Shown: positions 8,151 through 18,511, numbered from the stretch's first letter. The stretch is DNA of 64,000 bases from Pseudomonadota bacterium (GCA_021777535.1 JAJYDN010000007.1:18291-82290); one strand, 5' to 3'. Made by a program: numbers and translations. The notes: generated by a model not told the origin, from the letters alone.

Positions 8151-9871
8151 TACATGGCCTCCGGCGCGCTCACGCCAAGCACCGTCAGGCCATTGGCCAG
8201 TACCTGCCGTACGGCGAGAAGCAGCGTCAGGCGCGCCTGACGCAAGGGATCCTCGACGCTCAGGAAGGCCTGCGCGTTGTAGTAGGCGTGCAGGTGGCTC
8301 GCCAGCTCACGCAGATAATAGGCCACCTGGTGAGGTTCCCGCGCCGCTGCCGCCTCCGCGATCACCTCGTCATATTGACTGAGGGCGCGCATCAGGGCGA
8401 GCTCTTCGTCTGCAACCAGGAGCCCGAGGTCGCTTGCCCCGGGTTCGGCCATCGCGAGCCCCCGCTCCTGCATTTGCCGGAACACGCTGACGATACGCGC
8501 ATGGGCGTACTGGACGTAAAAGACCGGGTTTTCGTTCGAGCGCGACTTGGCGAGATCGAGATCGAAATCCATGTGCTGCTCGCTCTTGCGCAGCACATAA
8601 AAGAAGCGCGCCGCATCGTTTCCGACCTCCTCGCGGAGCTCGCGCAGAGTGACGAAGTCGCCGCTGCGGGTCGACATCTGTGCGCGCTGGCCGCCGCGAT
8701 ACAGGATGGCGAACTGGACGAGCAGGATCTGCAGGCGCGCCGGGTCCCGTCCGAGCGCCGCCATGGCGCCCTTGACCCGCGGGATGTAGCCATGGTGGTC
8801 GGCACCCCAGATGTTGATGAGGTGGTCGTATCCGCGCTCGTATTTCTCAAAGTGATAGGCGATATCGGAGGCAAAGTAGGTCGGCACGGCGTTTTCGCGT
8901 ACGACCACGCGGTCCTTCTCGTCCCCATAGCGGGTTGCCCGGAACCAGCGTGCGCCATCCTTTTCGTAAAGATCCCCATGGGCTTCAAGGAGAGCCAGCG
9001 TGCGCGCGATGGCGCCACTTTCGACCAGGGAACGCTCCGAATACCAGCGGTCGTAGTGGACGCCGAACTCTTCGAGATCCTTGCGGATGTCGGCCAGCAT
9101 GGCCTCAAGGCCTGCGCCGTGCAAACTATCGTAAAGGGGGCCGAGTGCCGTCTTCAGGTAGGCGATGCGGGCGTCCGTCGCCGCCTCGATGTCGTCATCC
9201 GGTGGCAGCACCTTGTCGGGGCGGACCAGGCTGTCGCCGACGCCTTCCTTCAGGTGTTGGGCGATACCGAGAACGTACTCTCCGCGGTAGCCGTTCGCGG
9301 GAAACACCACCGGCTCGCCGTATGCCTGCATGTAGCGGGCCCAGACGCTGAGCGCGAGGATGTCCATCTGCCGGCCGGCGTCGTTGACATAATACTCCCG
9401 TTCGACGGAGTAGCCGGCGCTCGTCATGAGGCGCGCGAGTGAATCCCCATAGGCGGCCCCGCGGCCGTGGCCGACGTGCAGGGGGCCATTGGGGTTGGCG
9501 GATACGAATTCAAGGAGCACGCGCTCGCCGTTGGCAGGCAGATAGCCGTAGGTGTCGCCCTGGCCGAGGATTTCCGGGACGACGCCGCGCCACGCATCGG
9601 CACTGACGAAGAAATTGAGAAAGCCCGGTCCGGCTATCTCTATCCGGTCGATAAAGCGGCTTTTGGGCATGGCGGCGCGTATCTGTTCTGCCAGTGCGCG
9701 CGGTGCCCTCTTCATCGCCTTTGCGGCGGTGAGCGCCACGTTTGCGGCGAAGTCGCCGTGGCCTTCCTGCCGGGGGCGCGTCAGTTCCACATCGGTGGAT
9801 CCCTGAAATTCGCCTTTGGCGCTCAGTGTATCGAGGGTGTCTTTGAGCAGGGAGGCGATCTTGCGCTTCAC
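8150..9871 (-). CDS. argS: Arginine--tRNA ligase
   Basis: 573 aa. Class I HIGH-type motif SANPNGPLHVGHGRGAAYGD. The anticodon-binding C-terminus ends in M, as is typical for ArgS. Confidence 0.95.
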   Translation of the reverse strand: MKRKIASLLKDTLDTLSAKGEFQGSTDVELTRPRQEGHGDFAANVALTAAKAMKRAPRALAEQIRAAMPKSRFIDRIEIAGPGFLNFFVSADAWRGVVPEILGQGDTYGYLPANGERVLLEFVSANPNGPLHVGHGRGAAYGDSLARLMTSAGYSVEREYYVNDAGRQMDILALSVWARYMQAYGEPVVFPANGYRGEYVLGIAQHLKEGVGDSLVRPDKVLPPDDDIEAATDARIAYLKTALGPLYDSLHGAGLEAMLADIRKDLEEFGVHYDRWYSERSLVESGAIARTLALLEAHGDLYEKDGARWFRATRYGDEKDRVVVRENAVPTYFASDIAYHFEKYERGYDHLINIWGADHHGYIPRVKGAMAALGRDPARLQILLVQFAILYRGGQRAQMSTRSGDFVTLRELREEVGNDAARFFYVLRKSEQHMDFDLDLAKSRSNENPVFYVQYAHARIVSVFRQMQERGLAMAEPGASDLGLLVADEELALMRALSQYDEVIAEAAAAREPHQVAYYLRELASHLHAYYNAQAFLSVEDPLRQARLTLLLAVRQVLANGLTVLGVSAPEAM

Positions 9872-9930
9872 GGGAAATCCTTAAAAGTCTGTCAGTGGGG
9901 TCACCCCGGTGGCGCCAACGATACCACGTC

Positions 9931-10557
9931 CTAGGCGTTGGCGGCGATAAGAGCCGTCACTTCCTTGCGGTTTGCGCGCGGCATCGGCTGACCGTCCACG
10001 GGCGACAGGGGCGCTTCGCGCATTGCCCGCGCGGTGAGTACGTAGAGCGCAAACGGGGTATCGCCCGCGACGAACCGCAGGACCGGTATGAGGTCGTGCC
10101 GTTCCCGCCCATAGCGCAGCCGCCGCTCCTCCAGGTCGTGGGGGATTTCATGTGCGCTGAGAAAGAGGTCGACGTCTTCCAGCGAGTCGGCTGCCAGATG
10201 GAGCTGCACTTCGGGAAAGCGGGGAAGCGCGCCGCTCAGTACTTCACCGACCAGGCGTGGCTCGAAAGGCGCCAGCAGGTCCATCGCCCACACCGCCGTT
10301 TCCCGCAGCGCCCGCAGCTCCTCCGAATGACCCTGATGGAAGAGCTGGAGATGGTCTTTGAGGGCGGCTTCGATCTCTACATTGGTCGGCCAGTTTTTGT
10401 CGTCCGGCAGATTCAGGCGATGGGCGGCCTTGCGTTTGGCCATCTGGTAATCGCGGACGCCGTCTTCGGCCATGATGCGTGCCGCCTCCGTCACCATCCG
10501 CTGGCGGATGGGGGATTCGATGCGGCGGCTGCCGCCGTGCCGCCCGTGCCGCACCAT
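9931..10557 (-). CDS. Conserved hypothetical cytoplasmic protein, translationally coupled to mrcA
   Basis: 208 aa with no signal peptide. The start ATG shares one nucleotide with the mrcA stop (TGATG). The RLVGEVLSG...EVQLHL region is faintly reminiscent of a degenerate nucleotidyltransferase fold. Function not recognised. Confidence 0.5.
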   Translation of the reverse strand: MVRHGRHGGSRRIESPIRQRMVTEAARIMAEDGVRDYQMAKRKAAHRLNLPDDKNWPTNVEIEAALKDHLQLFHQGHSEELRALRETAVWAMDLLAPFEPRLVGEVLSGALPRFPEVQLHLAADSLEDVDLFLSAHEIPHDLEERRLRYGRERHDLIPVLRFVAGDTPFALYVLTARAMREAPLSPVDGQPMPRANRKEVTALIAANA

Positions 10558-13022
10558 CAGAACAGGCCGCCGCGGACATCTTGTGCCGGCAGCGGTGTCG
10601 GCGGCGCGGTGCCATTGCCCATACCACCATTGGGCGCCGTGCCCTTGATGAATACCTCGAGCATGGCGAGCGGATTCGCCTTGTCCGTCAACTGGCCGGT
10701 GTCCCGGTTTATGTAGGCGGTGACAATACCCTTGGGTCTGGCAAACGGGGTATCCGGCCGTCCAGCGAGGACTGCGCCCATATAGCGAATCCAGATCGGC
10801 AACGCGGCATTGGCGCCCACTTCGTAGCGGCCGAGCGAGGCGGGGATCGGAAAGCCCATCCAGGCCGTCGTTTCCAGATAAGGGCTGAAGCCGGAGAACC
10901 AGGCATTACGCTCGTGATTGGAGGTGCCCGTCTTGCCGGCCAGGTCGATACGCCTCAGTGCCAGCGCCCGCTGTCCGGTACCCGAGCGAATCACGCTCTC
11001 CATCATGCTGGTCATGATGTACGCATTTTGCGCCGTGATGACGCGGGGCGCGTACTGGGGCGCATTCCCGTTTCCGCTTCCCGGCTGGGCCGTGCCGGAC
11101 TGTACCACATCGGCATTTCCCCCGGGCAGTGCGGCGGCGGTGCTGCCTCGCGGCGGTACCACAAGCGGGTTGGCGTGCCAGATGACGTGGCCGTTTTCGT
11201 CAACGATCTTGCGGATAAAGTAGGGACGAACGCGGTACCCCCCGTTTGCAAACACGGTGTAGGCGCGCGCCATCTCGAGCGGCGTAAGCGTCGCGCTGCC
11301 GAGAACGAGCGACAGACTGTGCGGCAGCTCCGACTCCGCGAAACCGAAGCGGTGGGCGTAGCGGATGGCGTAATCGATGCCGACCGCCCGTAAGACCCGG
11401 ACGGAGACCAGATTGATCGACCGCGCCAAGGCCACGCGCAGCCGCGTCATGCCGAGGAAGTGGTTGGAAAAGTTATGTGGCCGCCACAGTTCCCCATGGG
11501 CACCGCTCAAAGCGACGATCGGTGCGCCACTGAACATGCTGGCCGCCGTGTATCCTTTCGCGATCGCCGCCGAATAGACGAAGGGCTTGAAGCTCGAGCC
11601 GGGCTGCCGGTAGGCCTGGGTCACGCAGTTGAAGTTGTCGTAGTAGAAATCGAAGCCGCCGACCAGGGCTGCGATCGAGCCATCCTGGGGCCTCAGTGAT
11701 ATCAGTGCCGCGTAGGGCTTTGGAATCTGCGAGAGCGCCCAGTTGCCGGCTGCCACGTGGTTCAGGTAGACGACATCGCCCGCCGCGAGTATCTGGCTCG
11801 CGTCGGTCGGCGCAGGACCCTCGGCGTTTACGGTCACGAAGCGGGCCGCCCAGGCCAGCCCGGACCAATTCACCCGTACTGTGCGGTGGTCCAGGGTGTA
11901 GACGGTCACCGAGCGGCGCCCGACCCTGGTTACCAGGCCGGGCACCAGTCCGCCGACGGTGGTATAGGGGCGCAGGGCCGCATCCAGGGCCTTCTTGGAG
12001 GCGAGATCCGTTTGCGGCAGCTTCGCCGCCGGACCGTAATAGCCGTGGCGGATATTGTAGTTCAGCAGCTCCTGGCGAACCGCCTCGTCGGCCGCCGTCT
12101 GTTCCCTGGCGCCCAGCGTCGTATATACGGTATACCCGTCATCATAGGTTTTCTTGCGGCCATAGTGCCGAATCATGTATTCGCGCACCATTTCGGCCAC
12201 ATAGGGTGCGCTGACTGCGTAATGGAGGGTATGCAGGCGCGTCGCGACGGGCGCCGCGTTGGCGGCCTCATACTGGGCCTTCGAGATGTAGCCGAGCACG
12301 CGCATGCGGTGGAGCACGTACTGGCGGCGTACCCGCGCGTTGTTGGGGTGATCGATGGGATTGTCGAGCGAAGGTGCCTGCGGCAGTCCAGCCAGCATGG
12401 CGAGCTCGGGCAGGGTGAGCTGCTTTAGCGATTTCCCGTAATACGTATGGGCGGCCGCCTCGAATCCATACGCGTGGTTGCCAAGGAAGATCTTGTTGAG
12501 ATAGAGCTGCAGGATCTGCTGTTTCGTGAGCTGGCGTGCGATCTTGAAGGCCAGCAGCACTTCCTTGATCTTGCGGGTGAAGGTTTTGCGCGGGCTCAGG
12601 AAGTAGTTGCGCGCAACCTGCATCGTGATGGTGCTTGCGCCTTCGGCCTTGCGTCCCGTGATGAGGTCCACCCATGCGGCCCGGACGATGCCGAGCGGGT
12701 CAATGCCGAAATTTGTATAAAAGGAGCTGTCTTCGGCAGAAAGGACGGCGTTGATCAGCGTCTTGGGCACCTGTTTCAGTGTCACGGGCATGCGCTCTTC
12801 GTCGCCAAACTCGGCGATCAGGGCGCCATGGCGCGTCACCACGCGTAGCGGCGCCTTCAGGCGCTTTTGCATGATGTTGTGCACCGAGGGCAGCGTAGGC
12901 GCAATAACTAGGGCAGTAATGCCTGCCACGAGCACGCCAGCGGCGAACAGTCCAAAGAATACCAGTAGGAGACGAAAACCTAGCCGGCGCGTTGAGGGGG
13001 TCGGCATGCGTGCAGAATCCAT
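10557..13022 (-). CDS. mrcA: Penicillin-binding protein 1A (bifunctional glycosyltransferase/transpeptidase)
   Basis: Motifs SAEDSSFYTNFGIDP, GASTITMQVARN, PGSSFKPF (SxxK) and GKTGTS (KTG). Divergent from pilM, as in Pseudomonas ponA. Confidence 0.9.
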   Translation of the reverse strand: MDSARMPTPSTRRLGFRLLLVFFGLFAAGVLVAGITALVIAPTLPSVHNIMQKRLKAPLRVVTRHGALIAEFGDEERMPVTLKQVPKTLINAVLSAEDSSFYTNFGIDPLGIVRAAWVDLITGRKAEGASTITMQVARNYFLSPRKTFTRKIKEVLLAFKIARQLTKQQILQLYLNKIFLGNHAYGFEAAAHTYYGKSLKQLTLPELAMLAGLPQAPSLDNPIDHPNNARVRRQYVLHRMRVLGYISKAQYEAANAAPVATRLHTLHYAVSAPYVAEMVREYMIRHYGRKKTYDDGYTVYTTLGAREQTAADEAVRQELLNYNIRHGYYGPAAKLPQTDLASKKALDAALRPYTTVGGLVPGLVTRVGRRSVTVYTLDHRTVRVNWSGLAWAARFVTVNAEGPAPTDASQILAAGDVVYLNHVAAGNWALSQIPKPYAALISLRPQDGSIAALVGGFDFYYDNFNCVTQAYRQPGSSFKPFVYSAAIAKGYTAASMFSGAPIVALSGAHGELWRPHNFSNHFLGMTRLRVALARSINLVSVRVLRAVGIDYAIRYAHRFGFAESELPHSLSLVLGSATLTPLEMARAYTVFANGGYRVRPYFIRKIVDENGHVIWHANPLVVPPRGSTAAALPGGNADVVQSGTAQPGSGNGNAPQYAPRVITAQNAYIMTSMMESVIRSGTGQRALALRRIDLAGKTGTSNHERNAWFSGFSPYLETTAWMGFPIPASLGRYEVGANAALPIWIRYMGAVLAGRPDTPFARPKGIVTAYINRDTGQLTDKANPLAMLEVFIKGTAPNGGMGNGTAPPTPLPAQDVRGGLF

Positions 13023-13079
13023 AATGTCTCGTGAGCGCGTGAGTGCAGTATAAAGCGAATGTCCGTGAAGCCCAAGGAT

Positions 13080-13109
13080 TTGTCATTGCCGCTTGCGGTG
13101 ATCTATAGT
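13080..13109 (+). promoter_or_regulatory. Candidate sigma-70 promoter of pilMNOPQ
   Basis: TTGTCA (13080-13085), 18 nt spacer, TATAGT (13104-13109), about 60 nt upstream of the pilM start. Confidence 0.4.
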
Positions 13110-13169
13110 CTTGCTAAGCTCAACTAAAGAGCGATTTACCGGACATAAGTTCCGGATATAGGGAGGAAT

Positions 13170-14234
13170 TTGGAACTGTTTAGCCGGAAAAAGCTACCGC
13201 TTGTCGGTCTGGACATCAGTACGTCCTCCGTCAAAGTGCTCGAGTTGACGAAGGCCCAGAATCAGTACCGGGTTGAGCGGTTCGCCGTGGAGCCGCTGCC
13301 CCAGAACGCCATCGTCGAGCGGGCTATTGCCGACATCGAGCAGGTAAGCACGGCCGTGGACCGCGCCATAAAGCGGTCGGGCGCGAAGACCCGCCGCGTG
13401 GCGGTGGCGGTTTCCGCCACCCAGGCGATCTCGAAGACATTGCGCGTCTCGGCGGAGTTTACCGAGACCGAGATCCAGACGCAGGTGGAACTCGACGCCG
13501 AGCACCATATTCCCTACCCCTTGGACGAGGTCAATCTGGACTTCCAGGTGCTGGGGCCGGCCCCGGACAGTCCGGGAGAAGTCGACGTCCTGATGGTGGC
13601 TTGCCGCAAGGAAGTGGTCGACGACTATGTGGCTGTCGTGCAGGCGCGGGGCTATCAGCCGGTCATCGTCGATGTCGAAACCTACGCCGTGGAAAACGCC
13701 TATGGCCTGATCGCCGAGCAGATGGCAGGCGGCGGCATGGAGAAGACCGTCGCCATCTTCGACGTGGGCGCAACCACGACCGTCATCAATGTCATGCACA
13801 ACCGGCGGTCGGTGTACAGCCGGACGAGCAGTTTCGGGGGGCGTCAGCTGACCGAGGAAGTCCAGCGCCGCTACGGTCTGTCGTATGACGAGGCCGGTCT
13901 TGCCAAGCGGCAGGGTGGCCTCCCCGACAGTTACCAGAGCGAGGTCTTGCGGCCCTTCATGGAGGCAATGGGTCAGGAAATCATCCGCGCCCTGCAGTTT
14001 TTCTACGCGGCGAGCCCCTTCAACAAGGTTGACGTGGTGCTGCTCGCAGGAGGTTGCGCCCAGATCCCCGGTATCGACAAGTTACTTGGCGCCCGCCTGG
14101 GAGTGCCGACCATGATTGCCAATCCCTTCGCCGGGATGACGCTCAGTTCCCGCATCAAACCCCAGATTTTTGCCAGTGAGGCGCCGTCGCTCATGGTGGG
14201 TTGCGGTCTGGCCTTGCGGGGACTCGACCTATGA
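13170..14234 (+). CDS. pilM: Type IV pilus assembly protein PilM (actin-like ATPase fold)
   Basis: LVGLDISTSSVKVLEL start region. TTG start behind a GGGAGGA SD. First gene of the pilMNOPQ operon. Confidence 0.9.
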   Translation: MELFSRKKLPLVGLDISTSSVKVLELTKAQNQYRVERFAVEPLPQNAIVERAIADIEQVSTAVDRAIKRSGAKTRRVAVAVSATQAISKTLRVSAEFTETEIQTQVELDAEHHIPYPLDEVNLDFQVLGPAPDSPGEVDVLMVACRKEVVDDYVAVVQARGYQPVIVDVETYAVENAYGLIAEQMAGGGMEKTVAIFDVGATTTVINVMHNRRSVYSRTSSFGGRQLTEEVQRRYGLSYDEAGLAKRQGGLPDSYQSEVLRPFMEAMGQEIIRALQFFYAASPFNKVDVVLLAGGCAQIPGIDKLLGARLGVPTMIANPFAGMTLSSRIKPQIFASEAPSLMVGCGLALRGLDL

Positions 14235-14812
14235 TGCATCTCAACTTGCTTCCCTGGCGCGAGCGGCGCCGCAAGGAACAGGACCGCCTCCTTCTTCAGC
14301 AGGGCGCCATCGTATGGGTGGCTGCCGCGCTCATCATTTTCTTGTGGCACATGCATATGTCGAGCGCGCTGCAGCGCCAGCAGGAGCGCAACGCCTTTTT
14401 GCAGCAGGCGATCACACAGATGGATGCCAAGATCGCCAAGATCGCCAAGATCCGCAAGACGCGCGCGGAACTGCTTGCGCGCATGAATGTCATCCAGACG
14501 CTCCAGAGCGACCGCATGCAGATCGTACACACCTTCAATGCCCTGGTGCGGGCCGTGCCAAGCGGGGTGTACTTGAAGGCGCTCTCCCAGAACGGCGAAA
14601 TGTTTACCGTGTCCGGTGTGGCCCAGTCCAACGAGCGTGTGTCGCAGTTCATGCGTAATTTCGCCGCTTCGCCGTGGTTTACGAACCCGGTGCTTACGGT
14701 GATCCATGTGGTCCCCGCGGGCAACACGCATCTCAGCCTGTTCACGCTTACCGTCGAGGGCACCAACAAACTGGCGAAGAAGGCAGCCGTCAAGCAGGTG
14801 GTGCGCAGATGA
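14231..14812 (+). CDS. pilN: Type IV pilus assembly protein PilN
   Basis: MMHLNLLPWRERRR followed by a TM segment. ATGA overlap with pilM. Confidence 0.85.
   Translation: MMHLNLLPWRERRRKEQDRLLLQQGAIVWVAAALIIFLWHMHMSSALQRQQERNAFLQQAITQMDAKIAKIAKIRKTRAELLARMNVIQTLQSDRMQIVHTFNALVRAVPSGVYLKALSQNGEMFTVSGVAQSNERVSQFMRNFAASPWFTNPVLTVIHVVPAGNTHLSLFTLTVEGTNKLAKKAAVKQVVRR
14426..14452 (+). repeat. Perfect in-frame tandem repeat 3 x 9 bp (gccaagatc) inside pilN
   Basis: Three identical copies at 14426-14434, 14435-14443 and 14444-14452, encoding AKIAKIAKI. Confidence 0.9.
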
Positions 14813-15423
14813 ACGTGGACTGGAAGCAAATTGGCGAAGACCTGAAGAATGTCGACCTGAACGATCTGAGTTCGGCGTCCTACTCCGTCAAGCTGATCGG
14901 TATCGGGTTGATCGCGCTCCTCATTCTTGGACTGGGATACTACTTCCTGGTGAGCGGCGACATCACCCAGATCGATGCCCTGCGCACCGAGGAGGTGTCG
15001 CTCAAGCAGCAATTTCTCCAGAAAAAGGCGATGGCGATCAATCTGCCCGCTTATGAGCAGCAGATGCGCGGCATGAGGATCGCGTTCAAGGAGCTCCTTC
15101 AGCAGCTGCCGAACACCACCCACATGCCGGACTTCGTGACCGAAGTCACGCAGGCCGGACAGGCCTGCGGTCTGCAGATCGAGCTTATGCAGCCGGAACA
15201 GGAAACGCCCAAGGCGTTCTATGCGGAATTGCCCATCCATCTGAAGGTGGCGGGCAGCTATGTGCAGCTCGGGCATTTTGCCGCGGACATCGCAGCGCTG
15301 CCGCGCATTGTCACCCTGGGCAATGTGCAGCTGAAGACGGAGAAGGGTGACCGGCTGGCCATGACCATGGTCGCCAAAACCTACCGCTACATGAAAAATC
15401 CTCCCCCGGTGAAGAAGAAATGA
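14809..15423 (+). CDS. pilO: Type IV pilus assembly protein PilO
   Basis: ATGA overlap with pilN. N-terminal TM (LIGIGLIALLILGLGYYFLV) followed by a coiled coil. Operon position. Confidence 0.8.
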   Translation: MNVDWKQIGEDLKNVDLNDLSSASYSVKLIGIGLIALLILGLGYYFLVSGDITQIDALRTEEVSLKQQFLQKKAMAINLPAYEQQMRGMRIAFKELLQQLPNTTHMPDFVTEVTQAGQACGLQIELMQPEQETPKAFYAELPIHLKVAGSYVQLGHFAADIAALPRIVTLGNVQLKTEKGDRLAMTMVAKTYRYMKNPPPVKKK

Positions 15424-15914
15424 ACGGTCGCGCGCTCGCAAGTCTGTCGATCTGTCTGCTGCTCGCCGGTTGCTCCGGTTCCGGCATGGGGCATCTGCAT
15501 CAGTTTGTAGAAACCGCCGATGCCAATGTGCGGCCGGTCATCAAGCCGGTACCTGCCGTGACGACGCCAAAGCCCGTCGCGTTCGCGATGCACAATCTGC
15601 CCGATCCGTTCGAGCCGTTCTCCATGCGCAACCCTGGACCAGGACCGAATCCCGACCATAATCTTCCCAAAGGTCCGCTGCAGCGCTACCCGCTGGGTGA
15701 TCTCACGATGGTGGGGACGCTGCGTGCGGGCAACGTCCTGTGGGCGGTGGTGACGACTCCCGACGGGGCGACGCACCGGGTCACGGTGGGGACTTACATG
15801 GGTGAGCACTACGGACACGTGGTACGCATCACACCAAACAGCATTCATCTGGTGGAGACCGTAGCCGGCCCCACCGGCTGGGTCGAACAGCCTGTCAAAT
15901 TGGAAATCAAGTGA
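15420..15914 (+). CDS. pilP: Type IV pilus assembly lipoprotein PilP
   Basis: Lipobox LLLAGCSG. ATGA overlap with pilO. Operon position. Confidence 0.8.
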   Translation: MNGRALASLSICLLLAGCSGSGMGHLHQFVETADANVRPVIKPVPAVTTPKPVAFAMHNLPDPFEPFSMRNPGPGPNPDHNLPKGPLQRYPLGDLTMVGTLRAGNVLWAVVTTPDGATHRVTVGTYMGEHYGHVVRITPNSIHLVETVAGPTGWVEQPVKLEIK

Positions 15915-15928
15915 GAAGGGAGCCCACA

Positions 15929-18478
15929 ATGACAAGAAGATTATTCGCCCTTGCCGCTCTTGCGCTGTCTGCCAGCGCGATGGCGAGCACCGCGACCTTG
16001 AAGGGGCTTTCCTGGACCACCGAAGGGGGGAAGCCCGCCCTTGCCATGATTCTGTCCGGTCACGAGCAGGCGCATCTCCATACCCTGCACAACGGTCGTC
16101 TTCTCCGTATTCATTTCCGGGATACGGCGATGGGATCCAAGGTCCATGATCTGCCGGGCATGGCCACCGTCAAGGGTGTCTATGCCTATCTCGCCGATGG
16201 GGGTCACGGCATCAACGTCGACGTGCTGCTGCGGCAGCCGGCGAACATGACGCTGAAGCCGACGACCACGGGTTACCTCGGACTGCTGAGCGGTGTACCC
16301 GTGCATGTTACGGTCCCTGCCAGCAAACGGGCCGCTCAGCCCGCGCCCGCCGCGGGCGTCCGTCCGGTGGCGCCCGGGCCGCTCAACTACTTGAAGAAGT
16401 TGTCCTATTTCACCTTCCCTGGTGACAAGGTGGAAATCCACATCGTGACGAGCGGCACGCCGTCCAAGCCGGGTGCGTTCGTGCTGACGCATCCGCCGAT
16501 GATCGTTCTCGATATGCCGCGGACCCGCCTCCACCTGCCGACGAATCATCTCGCCGTCGGCAAGGGCGCGGTCGATTCGGTCGCTGCGGTGGAATCCGGC
16601 AACCACAGCCGGGTCGTCATCAAGCTCATCCGGTCGGCCGGCTATCGCGCCATCGTGCGCCCGCATGCGATCGACATCCTGGTCGCAAGCCCGGTCGCCC
16701 GTATCAGCCAGGCGACCGCAATGGCCCCCAAGGCCCACGTCATGCCCAGCGCATCGACGCGAGGACGCTACGAAGTGCGCGCGATCAGTTTCCACCGGGG
16801 ACGCAATGGCGCCGCCAAAATCGCCGTGCGCCTGTCGAGCTCGAATGTGACGGTGAGCGTGCATAACCGGGCGCACCATATCGTCGTCGATTTTCATGAC
16901 ACCTACGTGCCCACGAATCTGCAGAAACGGCTCGTCGTTACGGATTTCGCCACACCCGTGGACACCATCCGCACGTTCGTGAGCGGGCGGACAACCCGCA
17001 TGGTCATCGCCGCATCCGGCCATTACAGCCAGCTCGGCTATCAGGCGCAGCGCAGCTTCCTGTTGCGCGTCACGCCCATTAGTCACGCCGCCTTCGCGGC
17101 CCTCGAGCGCCGCCGGAATCGCTATGCGAGCCGCAAGATTTCGCTCAATTTCCAGAATATCAGCGTCCGGGCCGCCCTGCAGGTCCTTGCCAACTTTACG
17201 GGACTGAACTTCATCACGAGCAATAGCGTCAAGGGGAATCTCACCTTGAAGCTGCACGATGTGCCCTGGAAGCAGGCATTGGCCCTCATTCTCACCACCA
17301 AGAATCTCGGCATGAAACGCACGGGCAACATCGTCCTGGTGGCCCCGGCCGCGCAACTGGCTGCGCAGAGACAGGCGCACCTGATGGCAGAAGCGGCCGC
17401 GCAGAAGGTCGAGCCGCTCGAAACCGTGTTGATCCGCATGAACTATGCGAAGGCGCGCGATATCGCCAGTCTGCTGAAATCGACACGGGCGGTGGGTGCG
17501 GCGACCACGACCAGCCCGTTCAGTAACGTGACCTACAGCAAGGCCACCACCGAGTCGACGTCGCTGCTGTCGCGCCGCGGACAGGTGACGGTCGACCCGC
17601 GTACCAACTCGCTCATCATCCAGGATACGCCGCAGCGCATCCGGGCGATCCGCAAACTCATTGCCAAGCTCGACCGGCCGGTGCGCCAGGTGCTGATCGA
17701 GGCGCGCCTGGTCGAGGCCAACAATGGCTTCAACAAGAGCCTCGGCGCGCAGCTCGGCCTCAATTACGCCTACAGCACACCGTCGACGACCTTCGCGGCC
17801 TGTCCGGCGGGTACCTGCGGGCCGGCGGGCGCCGCCAATGGCGTGAGCACGACTTATCCGAGTCAGACCTCGACCTCCTCGAGTGTCGGTCTGTTCAACG
17901 TGAACCTGCCGTCGGCCGGCATCGGATCGGCGCTGCCGGCGACTTTGGGGCTTACCATTGCCAAGCTCGCCAGCAACAACCTGCTGAACCTCGAGCTCTC
18001 GGCCCTGCAGGCGGAGAGCAAGGGCAAGATCATCTCGAGTCCGCGGCTCATCACGGCCAACGACCGCCAGGCCTCGATCAAGCAGGGTCAGGAGCAGTTC
18101 TTCAACCTGGGCTTTGGCCAGTCGACGATGCAGCAGGCGGTCCTCGGCCTGTCGGTGACCCCGCAGATCACGCCCGACAACCGCATCATCATGACGGTGA
18201 ACATCACCGACAACAGCTTCGCCAATGCCGTCCAGGGGACGCTGGACGAAAAGAGCCTGAAGACCCAGGTGCTCGTCAACAATGGGCAGACGGTGGTCAT
18301 TGGCGGCATCTATCAGACCAACCACCTGCGCACGGTCACCAAGGTGCCGTTCCTTGGTAATTTGCCGCTCCTTGGCTATCTGTTCCGCAACACGACGGTT
18401 GCCAATACACGTACGGAGCTTCTGATCTTCCTGACGCCGCGTATCCTGGCGCCATCCCTGTCGCTCCAATCCGGTTGA
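15929..18478 (+). CDS. pilQ: Type IV pilus secretin PilQ (two AMIN-like N-terminal domains)
   Basis: Signal peptide ALAALALSASAMA. Secretin C-terminus VPFLGNLPLLGYLFRN..ELLIFLTPRI. ATG 15929 follows an AAGGGAG SD; an alternative GTG lies at 15911. Confidence 0.9.
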   Translation: MTRRLFALAALALSASAMASTATLKGLSWTTEGGKPALAMILSGHEQAHLHTLHNGRLLRIHFRDTAMGSKVHDLPGMATVKGVYAYLADGGHGINVDVLLRQPANMTLKPTTTGYLGLLSGVPVHVTVPASKRAAQPAPAAGVRPVAPGPLNYLKKLSYFTFPGDKVEIHIVTSGTPSKPGAFVLTHPPMIVLDMPRTRLHLPTNHLAVGKGAVDSVAAVESGNHSRVVIKLIRSAGYRAIVRPHAIDILVASPVARISQATAMAPKAHVMPSASTRGRYEVRAISFHRGRNGAAKIAVRLSSSNVTVSVHNRAHHIVVDFHDTYVPTNLQKRLVVTDFATPVDTIRTFVSGRTTRMVIAASGHYSQLGYQAQRSFLLRVTPISHAAFAALERRRNRYASRKISLNFQNISVRAALQVLANFTGLNFITSNSVKGNLTLKLHDVPWKQALALILTTKNLGMKRTGNIVLVAPAAQLAAQRQAHLMAEAAAQKVEPLETVLIRMNYAKARDIASLLKSTRAVGAATTTSPFSNVTYSKATTESTSLLSRRGQVTVDPRTNSLIIQDTPQRIRAIRKLIAKLDRPVRQVLIEARLVEANNGFNKSLGAQLGLNYAYSTPSTTFAACPAGTCGPAGAANGVSTTYPSQTSTSSSVGLFNVNLPSAGIGSALPATLGLTIAKLASNNLLNLELSALQAESKGKIISSPRLITANDRQASIKQGQEQFFNLGFGQSTMQQAVLGLSVTPQITPDNRIIMTVNITDNSFANAVQGTLDEKSLKTQVLVNNGQTVVIGGIYQTNHLRTVTKVPFLGNLPLLGYLFRNTTVANTRTELLIFLTPRILAPSLSLQSG

Positions 18479-18511
18479 TTTATCGCGCCGATGCTGGCAT
18501 ACCATGCCGGC

